Position numbers and translations under genes: made by a program | Shown here: in pieces, positions 28,668 through 39,240 of the stretch | How the letters are laid out: each line of letters opens with the position of its first letter | Numbering within the stretch: position 1 is the stretch's first letter | Notes under the pieces: generated by a model | Database searches by the model: none | What the model was told of the DNA's origin: nothing | The model's input: the letters and a program-made list of their open reading frames with translations, nothing else | NCBI GenBank assembly: GCA_031379145.1 | Contig: JANNEV010000711.1 | Location: 1 to 63,186, forward strand | From: Gemmatimonadaceae bacterium | Lineage (GTDB): Bacteria; Gemmatimonadota; Gemmatimonadetes; Gemmatimonadales; Gemmatimonadaceae | Direction of reading: 5' to 3' | Length of the DNA stretch: 63,186 bases

Positions 28668-29015
28668 AACGACGGCGCCCCGACGGAGGCGAAGAGCCTC
28701 ACGTCGGGGCGAGTGGAAACGCAGTACCGCGTCTGTGCTTGGTGAAGGAGCCGCGCACCACGGGAACGTGGTAGTGGGGTGGAGACTCCGGGGCGCCGAG
28801 GGCGCCGGTCACGCGCCGTGCAGCGCATGCGAGATGAACCACGGGTGGAGCGCATCATCCTCCTGGGCAAACCGGGTGGAGAGGGCGCAGCAGACACGAG
28901 GAACAACAGCGAAACTGCGAGCGATCGGGGATGATTCGAGAGAGCGAGCAAATCGAAACCGCCAGTCTCGCGCCATCACACTGCCACATTAGGGTGCCGC
29001 TCGGCTGACGGTCAA

Positions 29016-29051
29016 GGGGCTGATCGCATCGATTGTGCGAAGATCAGCCCT
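29016..29051. terminator. Hairpin downstream of the HIT gene, possible terminator
   Basis: gggctgatc...gatcagccc inverted repeat right after the HIT stop at 29061; no clear U-tract. Confidence 0.45.
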
Positions 29052-29060
29052 CGTGGGCCG

Positions 29061-29525
29061 TTACAGTTTCATGCCGTCTTTTCGCATCGGGTCGCGCAGC
29101 ATGCTGCCGATGCGGGCCGCCATGGCGTCCAGCTGTTGGCGGTTCGGCATCTGGGAGCCAGGGAAAGGGAGCGGCACATCGAAGCCGTCGTTTTCTCGTC
29201 TCGGGATCAGGTGAATGTGATAGTGCATCACGTTCTGGCCCGCCGCGGCCCCCGAGTTCACGACGATGTTCATGTCGGTAGCGCCCGCCGCCGTCTGGAC
29301 CACCGGAATGAGCTTCGTCGCCACCTGGTACAGGTGTAAGCCCACTGCCTTCGGGATGTCCTGCAGGGTTTCATAGTGCTCGCGCGGGACCACCAGCACG
29401 TGACCAGCGTTGACCGGCTGAATGTCAAGGAACGCGATGGCGGTGGCGTCCTCGTAACAGATCGAAACTTCGGCGGCGCCACGCATGAGGTCGCAGAAGA
29501 TGCAGTGGCCGGTCGTTGGCGACAT
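29061..29525 (-). CDS. HIT-family nucleotide hydrolase
   Basis: CIFCD, AFLDIQPVNAGHVLVVP, AGQNVMHYHIHLIPR histidine triad. Confidence 0.93.
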   Translation of the reverse strand: MSPTTGHCIFCDLMRGAAEVSICYEDATAIAFLDIQPVNAGHVLVVPREHYETLQDIPKAVGLHLYQVATKLIPVVQTAAGATDMNIVVNSGAAAGQNVMHYHIHLIPRRENDGFDVPLPFPGSQMPNRQQLDAMAARIGSMLRDPMRKDGMKL

Positions 29526-29715
29526 AGGGGCTGTTCGGGCGTGCATGAGTGGGGCAAAGCGTGACGAAGGACGATTGGTCGTTGTGACTCCCGTCATCTT
29601 CCCGACCGGTCGGTCGTCTGTCAACCGGTGACGGCGCTAAGGAGAACGCTACCTCAGGCCCGACGAACGGCTAGCTTTCGCCGCAACCCGTTTTCTCCTT
29701 TTGATTCTCCGCCCG

Positions 29716-31842
29716 ATGGCTACTTCGACCCGCCCGACCCGCGCCCGCAAGGGTTCGACTGACGAGCTGCCGCTGTCCCGCGAGCAGCTCCTGCGTGTGT
29801 ACCGCGTCATGTACACGTCGCGCCGCGTGGACGATAAGGAGATCCAGCTCAAGCGCCAGAACAAGATCTTCTTTCAGATCTCTGGCGCGGGACACGAGGC
29901 GCTGCTCGCGGCCGCCGGTCTGGTGCTTCGGTCCGGGTATGATTGGTTCTACACCTATTATCGAGACCGCGCGCTGTGCCTGATGCTGGGGATGACCCCG
30001 CGCGAGATGCTGTACAGTGCCGTGGGCGCTGCCGCCGACCCGAATTCCGGCGGCCGTCAGATGCCGAGCCACTGGGGACAAAAAGCGTTCAACCTGGCGT
30101 CGAGTTCGTCGCCGACGGGCACCCAGTTCCTGCACGCGGTCGGCGCAGCCGAAGCCAGCATGCGGGCCAAGCTGCTGGGTATCACCGACGGGTTCGGCGA
30201 GGATGAAGTGGTGTTCGTGTCCACGGGCGACGGCACCACGAGCGAGGGAGAGTTCTGGGAGTCGTTGAACACGGCATCGAATCTGAAGCTGCCGATCGTG
30301 TACGTGGTCGAGGACAACGGCTACGCGATTTCGGTGCCCGTGGAAGTGAATACGGCCGGTGGATCCATCTCCAAACTGGTCGCCGGATTTCCCGGCCTGT
30401 ACATCCAGGAAGTGGACGGCTGCGACGTACTGGCGTCGTACGAGGTCCTGTCGCGCGCCGTGGCGTACGCACGTGAACGGAAAGGCCCGGCCCTGGTGCA
30501 CGCCAAGGTCATCCGCCCGTACTCCCACTCGCTCTCCGACGATGAAGTGTTCTATCGTCCCAAGGAAGAGCGCGAGGCGGATGCCGCACGCGACCCCCTG
30601 CTCACATTCCCTCGCATGCTTGTGGCCGAAGGCGTGGCCACTGAACTGGAGCTGGAGGAAATCCGCGAGGCCGTCGACGCGGAGATTCTCGAGGCGACCG
30701 ACGACGCGCTATTGCAGCCACAGCCGGCCGCGACCTCCGTGCACTTCGCCGTGTTCTCGCCGGATGTCGATCCCACGGGCGAACAGTTCGATACGGAAGA
30801 TGATCCGCAGTTCGCGGGCGAACCGACCACCATGGTGGATCTGCTCAACTCCTGCATGAAAGACGAGATGACGCGTGATCCGCGCATCCTCGTTTTTGGC
30901 GAGGACGTGGCGGACGTCTCGCGCGAGGAGCACCTCGGCAAGGTCAAGGGCAAAGGTGGCGTGTTCAAGGTGACGTGGGGGTTGCAGCAGAAGTTCGGCG
31001 GCACACGCGTGTACAACTCGCCGCTCGCGGAAGCGAACATTGTCGGGCGTGCCATTGGCCTCGCACACCGTGGCTTCAAGCCGGTCGTCGAAATCCAGTT
31101 TTTCGACTACATCTGGCCCGCGTACATGCAGATCCGCGACGAGCTGGCCGTGATGCGCTGGCGCTCGAACAACATGTTCAGTGCGCCCGTCGTTATTCGC
31201 ACCACCTACGGCGGCTACATTCGCGGCGGCATCTATCATTCGCAAACCGGCGCCTCGTTGTTCACCCATACGCCGGGGCTTCGGGTTGTCTGCCCCAGCA
31301 ATGCGCTCGACGCGGCCGGCTTGCTCCGCACTGCCATTCGCTGCGACGATCCGGTCATCTTCCTCGAGCACAAGCACCTGTATCGCCAGACCTACAACAA
31401 GGGGCGCTATCCGGGGCCCAACTTCATGATCCCGTTCGGCAAGGCGCGCACGGTTCGGGCGGGCACGGACATCACGCTGGTGACCTACGGCGCCACCGTT
31501 CAACGGGCGCTCGTCGCCGCCAATCAGATTGAAGAAGAGGGCGGTCCGTCGGTGGAAGTCATTGACCTCCGCACGCTGTCTCCGTGGGACCACGAGGCCG
31601 TGTACGCGAGCGTGCGCAAGACGGGACGCGTGATCGTTGCGTACGAGGATTCGATTTCCTGGGGGTATGGCGCTGAAATCGCGGCACGGATTGCGGACGA
31701 CTGCTTCTCGTGGCTCGATGCCCCGGTGAAGCGTGTGGCCAGCACGGACACGTTTGTCGGATATGCCCCGAGTCTGGAAGATGCTACGCTGCCGCAGGTG
31801 GAGACGTTCCGTGCGGCGTACGCGGAGATCATGACGTACTGA
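29716..31842 (+). CDS. 2-oxoacid dehydrogenase E1, fused alpha/beta subunits (branched-chain or pyruvate type)
   Basis: SGAGHEA, YYRD, TPP motif GDGTTSEG...[35 protein letters not shown]. Confidence 0.93.
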   Translation: MATSTRPTRARKGSTDELPLSREQLLRVYRVMYTSRRVDDKEIQLKRQNKIFFQISGAGHEALLAAAGLVLRSGYDWFYTYYRDRALCLMLGMTPREMLYSAVGAAADPNSGGRQMPSHWGQKAFNLASSSSPTGTQFLHAVGAAEASMRAKLLGITDGFGEDEVVFVSTGDGTTSEGEFWESLNTASNLKLPIVYVVEDNGYAISVPVEVNTAGGSISKLVAGFPGLYIQEVDGCDVLASYEVLSRAVAYARERKGPALVHAKVIRPYSHSLSDDEVFYRPKEEREADAARDPLLTFPRMLVAEGVATELELEEIREAVDAEILEATDDALLQPQPAATSVHFAVFSPDVDPTGEQFDTEDDPQFAGEPTTMVDLLNSCMKDEMTRDPRILVFGEDVADVSREEHLGKVKGKGGVFKVTWGLQQKFGGTRVYNSPLAEANIVGRAIGLAHRGFKPVVEIQFFDYIWPAYMQIRDELAVMRWRSNNMFSAPVVIRTTYGGYIRGGIYHSQTGASLFTHTPGLRVVCPSNALDAAGLLRTAIRCDDPVIFLEHKHLYRQTYNKGRYPGPNFMIPFGKARTVRAGTDITLVTYGATVQRALVAANQIEEEGGPSVEVIDLRTLSPWDHEAVYASVRKTGRVIVAYEDSISWGYGAEIAARIADDCFSWLDAPVKRVASTDTFVGYAPSLEDATLPQVETFRAAYAEIMTY

Positions 31843-31936
31843 GTGTCGCTGCACCGGGCCGTGCACGGACCAATGTGGCACGGCCCAACGGCGGCCGCCC
31901 ATTTGTACATCACGCGATGCGAGCGTAGTTTCGCGC

Positions 31937-33532
31937 ATGACTCCGACACTGCTCCGTGTACTGCGCCCCGCGTTGGGCGCCATCCTGCTGGGAGCGAGCT
32001 GGCCGACTTCCAATGTCGCGGCACAGCCACCGCAGATCGTCGACGTGCTGATCGCCGGCGGTCGAGTGGTGGACGGCACCGGCGCGGCGGCGCGACTGAC
32101 CGACGTCGGATTGCGCGGCGATCGCATCGTGTTCCTGGGCGATGCGAAGGCACGCCGCGTGACCGCGACCCGCACCATCGACGCGCGCGGGCTGATCGTC
32201 GCGCCCGGGTTCATCGATCCGCACACGCACGTGCTCGTGGACCTGCAGCAACCCAGCACCAGCCGGCTTGACGGCTACCTCATGCAGGGCGTGACGACTG
32301 TGCTCACCGGCAACGATGGCGGCGGCCCGGTGAACATCGGCGCGACCCTCTCCACGTGGACCCGAAACGGAATAGGCCCGAATGCCGGCGTGTTCATTGG
32401 ACAAGGATCCGTACGGGGCAGCGTGGTGGGACGTGGCGCGCAGGCGGCGACGCCGGCACAGGTCGATTCCATGCGCGCGCTTGTGCGAAGCGCCATGCAA
32501 CAGGGCGCGCTCGGCATGTCGGCGGGGTTGTTTTACGCTCCCGGTAGCTTCGCGACCACGGAGGAGGTCATTGCGTTGGCCAAGGAACTCGCGCCATTCG
32601 ATGGCGTGTACGACACGCACCAGCGCGACGAGAGCTCCTATGACATTGGCCTGCTGGCGTCCACGCGAGAGGCGTTGCGTATCGGCAAGGAGGCCGGTGT
32701 CACGCTCAACATCTCCCACATCAAGGCGCTCGGCGTGGACGTGTGGGGGCGCAGCGACTCGCTTATCGCGATGATCCGCTCAGCGCGCGCGCGGGGCGAC
32801 AAGGTGTTCGCGGATCAGTACCCGTACACCGCCAGCGGTACTTCACTGACCGCGTCGCTGGTACCGCGGTGGGCTGAAGACGGCGGCAACGCGGCACTGC
32901 TCAAGCGCCTGTCGGACGACAGCCTGCTCCCGCGACTGCGTCGCGAGATGGAAGAGAACATGCGTCGACGCGGCGGTGCTGCATCACTTCTGCTGGTCGA
33001 TCTACGCGACAAGTCGCTGCTGGGGCTCACCCTCGCCCAGGTGGCTGAACGCATGAACACCGACCCCATCTCGGCGGCGATCGCCGTCATCAAGAACGGT
33101 GGTTCGGGCGTGGCATCATTCAACATGCAGCAGTCGGATGTCGACGTGCTGGCCAAGGAGCCATGGGTCATGACCGGTTCCGATGGCAGCGACGGGCACC
33201 CGCGCAAGTACGGCACGTTTTCCAAGAAGCTGCGCGAGTATGTGTTGGACCGACCGGTTCTCTCGCTCGAGGCGATGGTGCGTCAGTCCGCAGCGCTGCC
33301 GGCGCAGGTGTTCGGCATTGCCGATCGCGGCGAACTCCGCGAGGGGAAGTACGCGGATCTGATCGTGTTCGATCCGGCAACAGTGAAAGACCGCAGCACG
33401 TACATCGAGCCGACGCTGCTGGCCACCGGCATGCGGTACGTGTTTGTGAACGGTGTGGCCGCTGTTGACGAAGGCCAGTCAACGACGGCGCGACCGGGCA
33501 AGGCGCTCAAGGGCGGGAAGGCGAGCCGATAG
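31937..33532 (+). CDS. Secreted N-acyl-D-amino-acid deacylase (D-aminoacylase family)
   Basis: Signal peptide, GGRVVDGTG, APGFIDPHTH, QGVTT, HQRDE, SHIK, DQYPY, GSDG, HPRKYGTF. Confidence 0.9.
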   Translation: MTPTLLRVLRPALGAILLGASWPTSNVAAQPPQIVDVLIAGGRVVDGTGAAARLTDVGLRGDRIVFLGDAKARRVTATRTIDARGLIVAPGFIDPHTHVLVDLQQPSTSRLDGYLMQGVTTVLTGNDGGGPVNIGATLSTWTRNGIGPNAGVFIGQGSVRGSVVGRGAQAATPAQVDSMRALVRSAMQQGALGMSAGLFYAPGSFATTEEVIALAKELAPFDGVYDTHQRDESSYDIGLLASTREALRIGKEAGVTLNISHIKALGVDVWGRSDSLIAMIRSARARGDKVFADQYPYTASGTSLTASLVPRWAEDGGNAALLKRLSDDSLLPRLRREMEENMRRRGGAASLLLVDLRDKSLLGLTLAQVAERMNTDPISAAIAVIKNGGSGVASFNMQQSDVDVLAKEPWVMTGSDGSDGHPRKYGTFSKKLREYVLDRPVLSLEAMVRQSAALPAQVFGIADRGELREGKYADLIVFDPATVKDRSTYIEPTLLATGMRYVFVNGVAAVDEGQSTTARPGKALKGGKASR

Positions 33533-33775
33533 TACGCTACGCGTTCACGGGAGCGGAGGCAGCGGAGGATCGGAAAGACCGGGCCGGGGATCTCGACCAA
33601 TTCCCCACGCACCCGGCCGATCTCAGCACCGATCTGGCCAGCGAAGAGCTGGATGCGTCGATCGCGTCCCGGCGCTCAGCGGAGATCGCCGATTCCGCAT
33701 GCGCGCCTGCAGATCATCCCTTGGGCTCGGACGTCGGTGCACTACGGTCGGTGCACTATTGCCGAGGGGCCCCGC

Positions 33776-34147
33776 TCAAGCCCTGATGTGCGGGACGGTG
33801 TAGAGCGCCACCATCGGATCGCGCGTGACCAAGGTGAGCCGCTCTGCCTGCGCCTGTGCGAGCAGCATCCGATCGAACGGGTCGCGGTGCTCTGGCGGCA
33901 GGGACAGCAGTGCCTGCGCATGACGAAAGGTCACCGGCAGTTCTGTAAATCCCGAATCGGCCGTCGCCACGGCGACCGATCGCGACGTGGAGAGCTTTCC
34001 CAGTGCAGACTTGATCGCGACCTCCCAGGCCGACGCCGCGCTGACAAACACGTCGTCCGCCTCCTTGATTGCGCGCGTAGCCTCACGCGACAGCCGCGCC
34101 CCCATGTCCCACCAGATGAGCACGTGCGTGTCGAGCAAGACCCTCAC
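33776..34147 (-). CDS. vapC: VapC PIN-domain toxin
   Basis: LLDTHVLIW, SAASAWEVAIK, HRDPFDRMLLAQA, LVTRD. Confidence 0.93.
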   Translation of the reverse strand: MRVLLDTHVLIWWDMGARLSREATRAIKEADDVFVSAASAWEVAIKSALGKLSTSRSVAVATADSGFTELPVTFRHAQALLSLPPEHRDPFDRMLLAQAQAERLTLVTRDPMVALYTVPHIRA

Positions 34148-34401
34148 GTGACTCCGTCCCAGTCAGTCATCAGATCGGGCGAAAGCGGATCGTCGAAATC
34201 ACGCGCGACCTTCCACGCACCCTTGCCCTGTCCGGGGACGCGTCGTTGATGCGTGCGTTCGAGCGGCACCAGCATGGCGAGTGGCTGCCCCGACTTCATG
34301 ATGATGATCTCCTCGCCAGCCGCCGCGCGGTCGACAAGCGACGACAGCTGGGTCTTGGCGTCGTACAGGCTCAGTGATTCGCGCACCACACGTTTGGACA
34401 T
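34144..34401 (-). CDS. Phd/YefM-family antitoxin
   Basis: SLYDAKTQLSSLVDRAAAGEEIII...PLAMLVP...DFDDPL; GTGA overlap with the toxin; GGAG SD before ATG 34401. Confidence 0.92.
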   Translation of the reverse strand: MSKRVVRESLSLYDAKTQLSSLVDRAAAGEEIIIMKSGQPLAMLVPLERTHQRRVPGQGKGAWKVARDFDDPLSPDLMTDWDGVT

Positions 34402-34472
34402 GGCGCTCCGTTGAACAGGCGATCCGCTCATTGCGGCGATAAACAGCGAACTGCCAATGAACTGACTCCTGA

Positions 34473-34502
34473 AGCATACTGCTTTCTGACCAAATTGGTC
34501 AA
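34473..34502 (-). promoter_or_regulatory. Sigma70-type promoter of the TA operon with overlapping palindromic operator
   Basis: Minus strand TTGACC-N18-TATGCT; perfect palindrome TGACCAA-A-TTGGTCA at 34487-34501 overlaps the -35. Confidence 0.7.
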
Positions 34503-34535
34503 GCGGTCAATGTGCCGACTGCCCAGCCCCGTGTT

Positions 34536-36380
34536 CTAGCTCGGCTGTGTGGGCGTGTCCGGCAGCTCGTCTCCCGGCTTCCATGCTTGTTCGCGAAGTC
34601 GGCTCAGCCAGGCAAGGACGCGCGCTTTCTCCACGTGCACCGGGCACACCAGCACGTCGCCATCACGTGCCCACGCGAAGGCCTCGCGTACGGCCGCGAA
34701 CTCCTCATTCACCACCTGGATCCGATCGGCCGGCATGCCGCGCCGCTGGAGTTCCGAGGCAAACACCGCCGGTATCTCCCCCGGCGCTCGCCCGCGCAAC
34801 ATTTGCGGCATCTCCTTGATGAGCACGCGATCGAAGGCGGTGGTGGAGAGCGCCGAACTCACGAGCGCGCGCAGCTGGTCGTCGTCGCGATTGCCGGCCT
34901 GGCCGAGCAACAGCAGCCGCCGCGCGGCAGGAAGCGCGTTGGCCGTACTGCACAACGCCGCGAGGCCATCCGGGTTGTGCGCATAGTCCACCAGCGCAGT
35001 CACGCCACCAAAGCGATACAACTGGAGCCGACCAGGATTGTCCGACGGCACGGCGCCGAAGTGTACCAAGGTGTGGCGAATCGCATCGAGGGGCACTCCG
35101 CTGGCATACGCAACGACACTGGCCCCGACAAGATTGGCCACGTTATGCGGTGCGGCGCCGCCAAGTGCGAGCGGCATGTCGTCGATGGCCCCGAGGTCAT
35201 GCGAGTGCCCGGGCGTCAGCAACAGCGCCCGACCATCCTGCACTGTTCCCGCCAGTCCACCCGACTGCTGCAGTTGTTCCAGGCCCACGAAATGCGCACG
35301 CGTGCTGAACCACGCGATGTTCGCGCGCACCGAGGGCGCGACCTCGCAAAGCGTCTCGTCGTCCGCATTGAGCACCAGTGTGCCGCCTTCCTCCAGCGCA
35401 TGCCGGATGATCAGCTTTACCCACGCGAGGTCGTGCAGGGTGTGCACGCCGTATTCGCCGAAGTGATCGGCGGCGATGTTGGTGATGATGCCAGCTGTCG
35501 CGCGATGTGTTGCCAGTCCGCGTCGCAGCATACCGCCGCGCGCGGTCTCGAGCACCGCGGCCTCCACGCGATCGTCCTGCAGCACCACGCGCGCACCGGC
35601 CGGTCCCGAATAGTCGCCGCGCTCCACCTCGGTGTCGTCCACCCATACGCCGTCGCTGCAGCACCACCCCGTCACCTTTCCGGCCGCACGCCACATCGCC
35701 GCGAGAATGCGCGTGGTAGTGGTCTTCCCATTGGAGCCCGTCACCAGCGTGACCGGAATGTCCCGCACCGTCTCCCAAGCGATGTCGGACGGATGCGGCA
35801 ACTCGGCGAGCAACCACGACAGCGAGCCAGTGCCACTGCCAATCGACACGCGCTCATCATCGAAGGTGACGGTCACGTGGCGCATCCGTGCGACGCGATG
35901 CACCGCCTCGAGATTCGGTTTGGAGTGCCGCTCGGTGTCCGCCATGACGCGAAGCCGCTCACTCAGCACGGCATCGCCGTGCACATGCCCCTCGATCTGA
36001 TGTGCGCGCTCCGCGATCACCCAGGCCTGTTCGGCGAGTTCGGTGGCGGTCATGAGAACATCGACCGGCGCGGGCAGGAACAGCGTTGCACCCGCCGCAT
36101 CTCCCGACGCGTGGGGCTGCACAACAAACTCCGCGCCCGGCCACTCCAGCGCACGCAACTGCATGCCCGCCGCCATACACCAGGCGTCATACAGCCGCCG
36201 GTGCGCCGACACCGGTACATCAGCGAGCTGCACCTCCAACGCGGCCCCTTCGGAACTGCTGTGCAGATTCGGGCCCATCAGACGTCGCGAATCGACAATG
36301 CGCGGCGAGGGGTACTCGGGTGGCTCGGACGGTTGCGGCGAGAGACCCACACTCGCCGCGTCCGGCGGGATGACCGTCAC
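34536..36380 (-). CDS. Cyanophycin-synthetase paralogue lacking the ATP-grasp domain (N domain plus Mur-ligase domain)
   Basis: DSRRLMGPNL CphA-like start; VTGSNGKTTTTR, GDYSGP, AVLETARGGMLRRG, LNADD, PGRL, DYAHNP, GNRDD; no ATP-grasp motifs. Confidence 0.85.
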   Translation of the reverse strand: MTVIPPDAASVGLSPQPSEPPEYPSPRIVDSRRLMGPNLHSSSEGAALEVQLADVPVSAHRRLYDAWCMAAGMQLRALEWPGAEFVVQPHASGDAAGATLFLPAPVDVLMTATELAEQAWVIAERAHQIEGHVHGDAVLSERLRVMADTERHSKPNLEAVHRVARMRHVTVTFDDERVSIGSGTGSLSWLLAELPHPSDIAWETVRDIPVTLVTGSNGKTTTTRILAAMWRAAGKVTGWCCSDGVWVDDTEVERGDYSGPAGARVVLQDDRVEAAVLETARGGMLRRGLATHRATAGIITNIAADHFGEYGVHTLHDLAWVKLIIRHALEEGGTLVLNADDETLCEVAPSVRANIAWFSTRAHFVGLEQLQQSGGLAGTVQDGRALLLTPGHSHDLGAIDDMPLALGGAAPHNVANLVGASVVAYASGVPLDAIRHTLVHFGAVPSDNPGRLQLYRFGGVTALVDYAHNPDGLAALCSTANALPAARRLLLLGQAGNRDDDQLRALVSSALSTTAFDRVLIKEMPQMLRGRAPGEIPAVFASELQRRGMPADRIQVVNEEFAAVREAFAWARDGDVLVCPVHVEKARVLAWLSRLREQAWKPGDELPDTPTQPS

Positions 36381-36383
36381 GGC

Positions 36384-39236
36384 CTAGTCGTTGGCGTCAG
36401 GGGCGAGGATGACGCCGCGTGCATCGCGCAGCAGAACCAGGTCCTCCGATGTGGACCAGCGAGACGGCATCGCCTCGCCTGCGGGCGCCGACTTGGCCGG
36501 CTCGGCGTCATCGGCCGGGCCTTCCTCGAGCACCACGGCGCGCGGCACCGCGCGTGCCGGATGCGGTGCCGGCAGGGCAATCGCCTCCGCATCCGGTCGG
36601 AAGTTCACGATCTGCTTCCAACCCCGAGCGAGCGCATCAGCAAACACCAGCACGAGGTCCGTTGCGCGCGCCATGCGAAGCACCGCCTCGATGGCCTGCT
36701 GCTCATCAACGATTACCGTGATGCGATCGTGGTCGATACCTGCCAAGCGGAGCGCGTTCGCGAGCATGTCGGGCACCTCGCGATCTCCACGCCCGCGCCG
36801 CCCGTCGTCGCGGCGACAGATGTAGTGATCGAACTGCGCTGCCGCGGCTTCGCTGGCGATCGCGAGGATGTCCGCATCACGCCGGTCACCGGGTGCCGAC
36901 AGGACACAAAGGCGACGTCCCTTGGGCGCCATGCGATTGACCAACTGACAGAGCGCGCGCACCGCGTGCGCATTGTGCCCATAGTCGAACAACACCTTGA
37001 ACGGATGCTGATCGTACACGTTCAGTCGGCCCGGCGCCTGGAAGAACGTTGTGTCGAAGGTGCGCAGCCCGTGTCGGATATCCTCCAGCCGCACCCCCAT
37101 GCTGAACGCCATCGCGGCAGCGAACATGGCATTCTGCACGTTGAACGTCGCGCGCCCCTCGAGGGTCGCGGGAATCAGATGCGTCCACAACAGGGGGATG
37201 TGTGCCCCCCGATCGTAGATCGTAATCATCTGTCCGTTCACGCCCGCCTCGATCGCACAGGCGCGCCCGCCCGCACGTATGTGCTCACGCACCAGATCAT
37301 GGGCGGGGTCCATGGTGACGTAGCAGACATGCTTCGCCTCCGTATACGCGGCCATGCGCAACGTGAGTGGATCGTCTGCATTCAGGACGGCCGTATCAGT
37401 GGCCACCTCCACCACGGTGCGCTTCACTTCCGCCAACTGCTCGAGCGTATCGATGCCTTTCTGGCCCAGATGGTCGGGCTGAATATTGAGCACGGCCCCG
37501 ACGTCCACGTGGCGCATCGCCATACCGGCGCGCAGCAATCCGCCTCGCGCCGTTTCCAACACCGCCACCTGCACGGCCGGATCGCTCAGCACGATACGCG
37601 CTGACGTGGGGCCCGTCATGTCCCCCTCAACGGTACGCTGCCCGTCGATGTACACCCCGTCCGTCGTCGTCAGCCCGACGCGCTGACCCGCCAACTTGTG
37701 AATGTGCGCCAGCAACCGGGCGGTCGTGGTCTTGCCGTTGGTTCCCGTGATGGCGGCAATGGGAATCGTGCTCGGCGCGTTCTTCGGGAACAGCATGTCG
37801 ATCACGCGGCCGGCCACATCACGCGGCTGCCCTTCGCTGGGAGCCATGTGCATGCGAAAGCCCGGCGCCGCATTCACTTCGCAGATCGCACCACCGATGT
37901 CCTTGTACGACTGCGTGATGTCGGGTGTCAGGAAATCCACACCGCCCACGTCGAGCCCAATGGCCTGAATGGCGCGCACCGCCATCTCCGCGTTGTCCGG
38001 GCTGACCACGTCGGTCATGTCCGTAGCAGTCCCGCCGGTCGACAGGTTCGCCGTCAAGCGCAGGTAGACCTGTTCGCCAACCGGCGGCACACTCTGCGAC
38101 GTGTAGCCCAACTTCTCCAGCAGCCCCAGGGCCTGCTCGTCGAGCTCGATCTGCGTGAGCACTTTCTCGTGCCCGATGCCTCGACGCGGATCGGTGTTCA
38201 CCTCCGCCACCAGGTCCGCGATGGTGTGCACGCCATCGCCCACCACCTTTCCCGGCTCGCGCTTGGACACGGCCACCAGTTCGCCGTTGACCACCAGCAT
38301 GCGGTGGTCGTGGCCGGTGATGTAGCTCTCCACAATCACGCTACGCGAGATCTCCGCCGCGCGCGCAAAGCCGGCTTTGACTTCCTCGGCCGTGGTCAGC
38401 GAAATGGACACACCGCGTCCATGATTGCCGTTGTAGGGCTTGGTTACGACCGGGTAGCCTATGCGCTCGGCCGCGGCGACAGCGCGTTCCGCCGACTGCA
38501 CGAGTCGCTGCTTGGGTACCGGCAAGCCGAGTCGGGAGAGAATGCGGTTGGTCTCTTCCTTGTCGCTCGCGAGTTCCACGGCGATATGCGGCGTTCGCCC
38601 CGTGATCGTCGCCTGGATACGCTGTTGATTGCAGCCGTAGCCCAGTTGAATGAGGCTTTGCTCATTCAATCGCATCCAGGGGATGCCGCGCGCCTCGGCC
38701 GCGTGCACGATGCTCGCAGTGCTTGGGCCGAGCGCGCGTCGTTGGGCGTAGCGGATAAAGGCATCGCGACGCGCCGCCAAATCGAACGCGTCATCCGCTT
38801 CTGCGGGTCGCAGCTCACGCGGCAGCAGATGGTGCAACAGGTCAAGCGCGACGTCCGCTGCTTCGATACCCACATCTTCCTGTTCGTACTCGAACACGAC
38901 GTCGTATACGCCCGACCGAGCCGTCTCGCGCGTCTTGCCGAAGGTGACCTTGACCCCCGACACGTTCTGCAGCTCAATGGCGACATGTTCGAGCACATGC
39001 CCGAGCCACGTGCCGTCGTCTTCCGTCATGCGACGGACAAAGCCGCCGGGCTCACCATAGGAGCAGCCGTGTTCACGCAGCCCAGGCAGCGCGTCCAGCA
39101 GCGCGGTCACGAAACCGTCACCCAATCGACTCGTTGGCCACTCTTCAAGCACACCCAAGTCGAGTTCGAGCCGGATGACCGGGAAGTGCGCGTAGTGGCT
39201 CGGCCCAACATAGATGGACCGCTCGAGGATTTTCAT
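36384..39236 (-). CDS. cphA: Cyanophycin synthetase (CphA1 type)
   Basis: N domain EHGCS...GHVLEH, LGPST; ATP-grasp VTKPYNGNHGRGV, ANLSTGG, EVNAAPGFRMH; Mur domain ITGTNGKTTT, ETARGG, APGDRRD. Confidence 0.96.
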   Translation of the reverse strand: MKILERSIYVGPSHYAHFPVIRLELDLGVLEEWPTSRLGDGFVTALLDALPGLREHGCSYGEPGGFVRRMTEDDGTWLGHVLEHVAIELQNVSGVKVTFGKTRETARSGVYDVVFEYEQEDVGIEAADVALDLLHHLLPRELRPAEADDAFDLAARRDAFIRYAQRRALGPSTASIVHAAEARGIPWMRLNEQSLIQLGYGCNQQRIQATITGRTPHIAVELASDKEETNRILSRLGLPVPKQRLVQSAERAVAAAERIGYPVVTKPYNGNHGRGVSISLTTAEEVKAGFARAAEISRSVIVESYITGHDHRMLVVNGELVAVSKREPGKVVGDGVHTIADLVAEVNTDPRRGIGHEKVLTQIELDEQALGLLEKLGYTSQSVPPVGEQVYLRLTANLSTGGTATDMTDVVSPDNAEMAVRAIQAIGLDVGGVDFLTPDITQSYKDIGGAICEVNAAPGFRMHMAPSEGQPRDVAGRVIDMLFPKNAPSTIPIAAITGTNGKTTTARLLAHIHKLAGQRVGLTTTDGVYIDGQRTVEGDMTGPTSARIVLSDPAVQVAVLETARGGLLRAGMAMRHVDVGAVLNIQPDHLGQKGIDTLEQLAEVKRTVVEVATDTAVLNADDPLTLRMAAYTEAKHVCYVTMDPAHDLVREHIRAGGRACAIEAGVNGQMITIYDRGAHIPLLWTHLIPATLEGRATFNVQNAMFAAAMAFSMGVRLEDIRHGLRTFDTTFFQAPGRLNVYDQHPFKVLFDYGHNAHAVRALCQLVNRMAPKGRRLCVLSAPGDRRDADILAIASEAAAAQFDHYICRRDDGRRGRGDREVPDMLANALRLAGIDHDRITVIVDEQQAIEAVLRMARATDLVLVFADALARGWKQIVNFRPDAEAIALPAPHPARAVPRAVVLEEGPADDAEPAKSAPAGEAMPSRWSTSEDLVLLRDARGVILAPDAND

Positions 39237-39240
39237 GTGG

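Noticed and set aside
29716-31842. E1 alpha/beta fusion without adjacent E2/E3 as a novelty
   Set aside because: Fused E1 genes with unlinked E2/E3 are common in several bacterial phyla.
34536-36380. Peptidoglycan Mur ligase (MurE/MurF) or a cphA pseudogene
   Set aside because: It has a CphA-type N-terminus and ETARGG motif and sits in the cph operon; the frame is intact and strongly diverged from cphA, which argues against a recent broken duplicate.
34512-37604. 1030-aa plus-strand ORF (also 37698-39296)
   Set aside because: Antisense shadow of the cphA genes; His/Arg-rich composition and no motifs.
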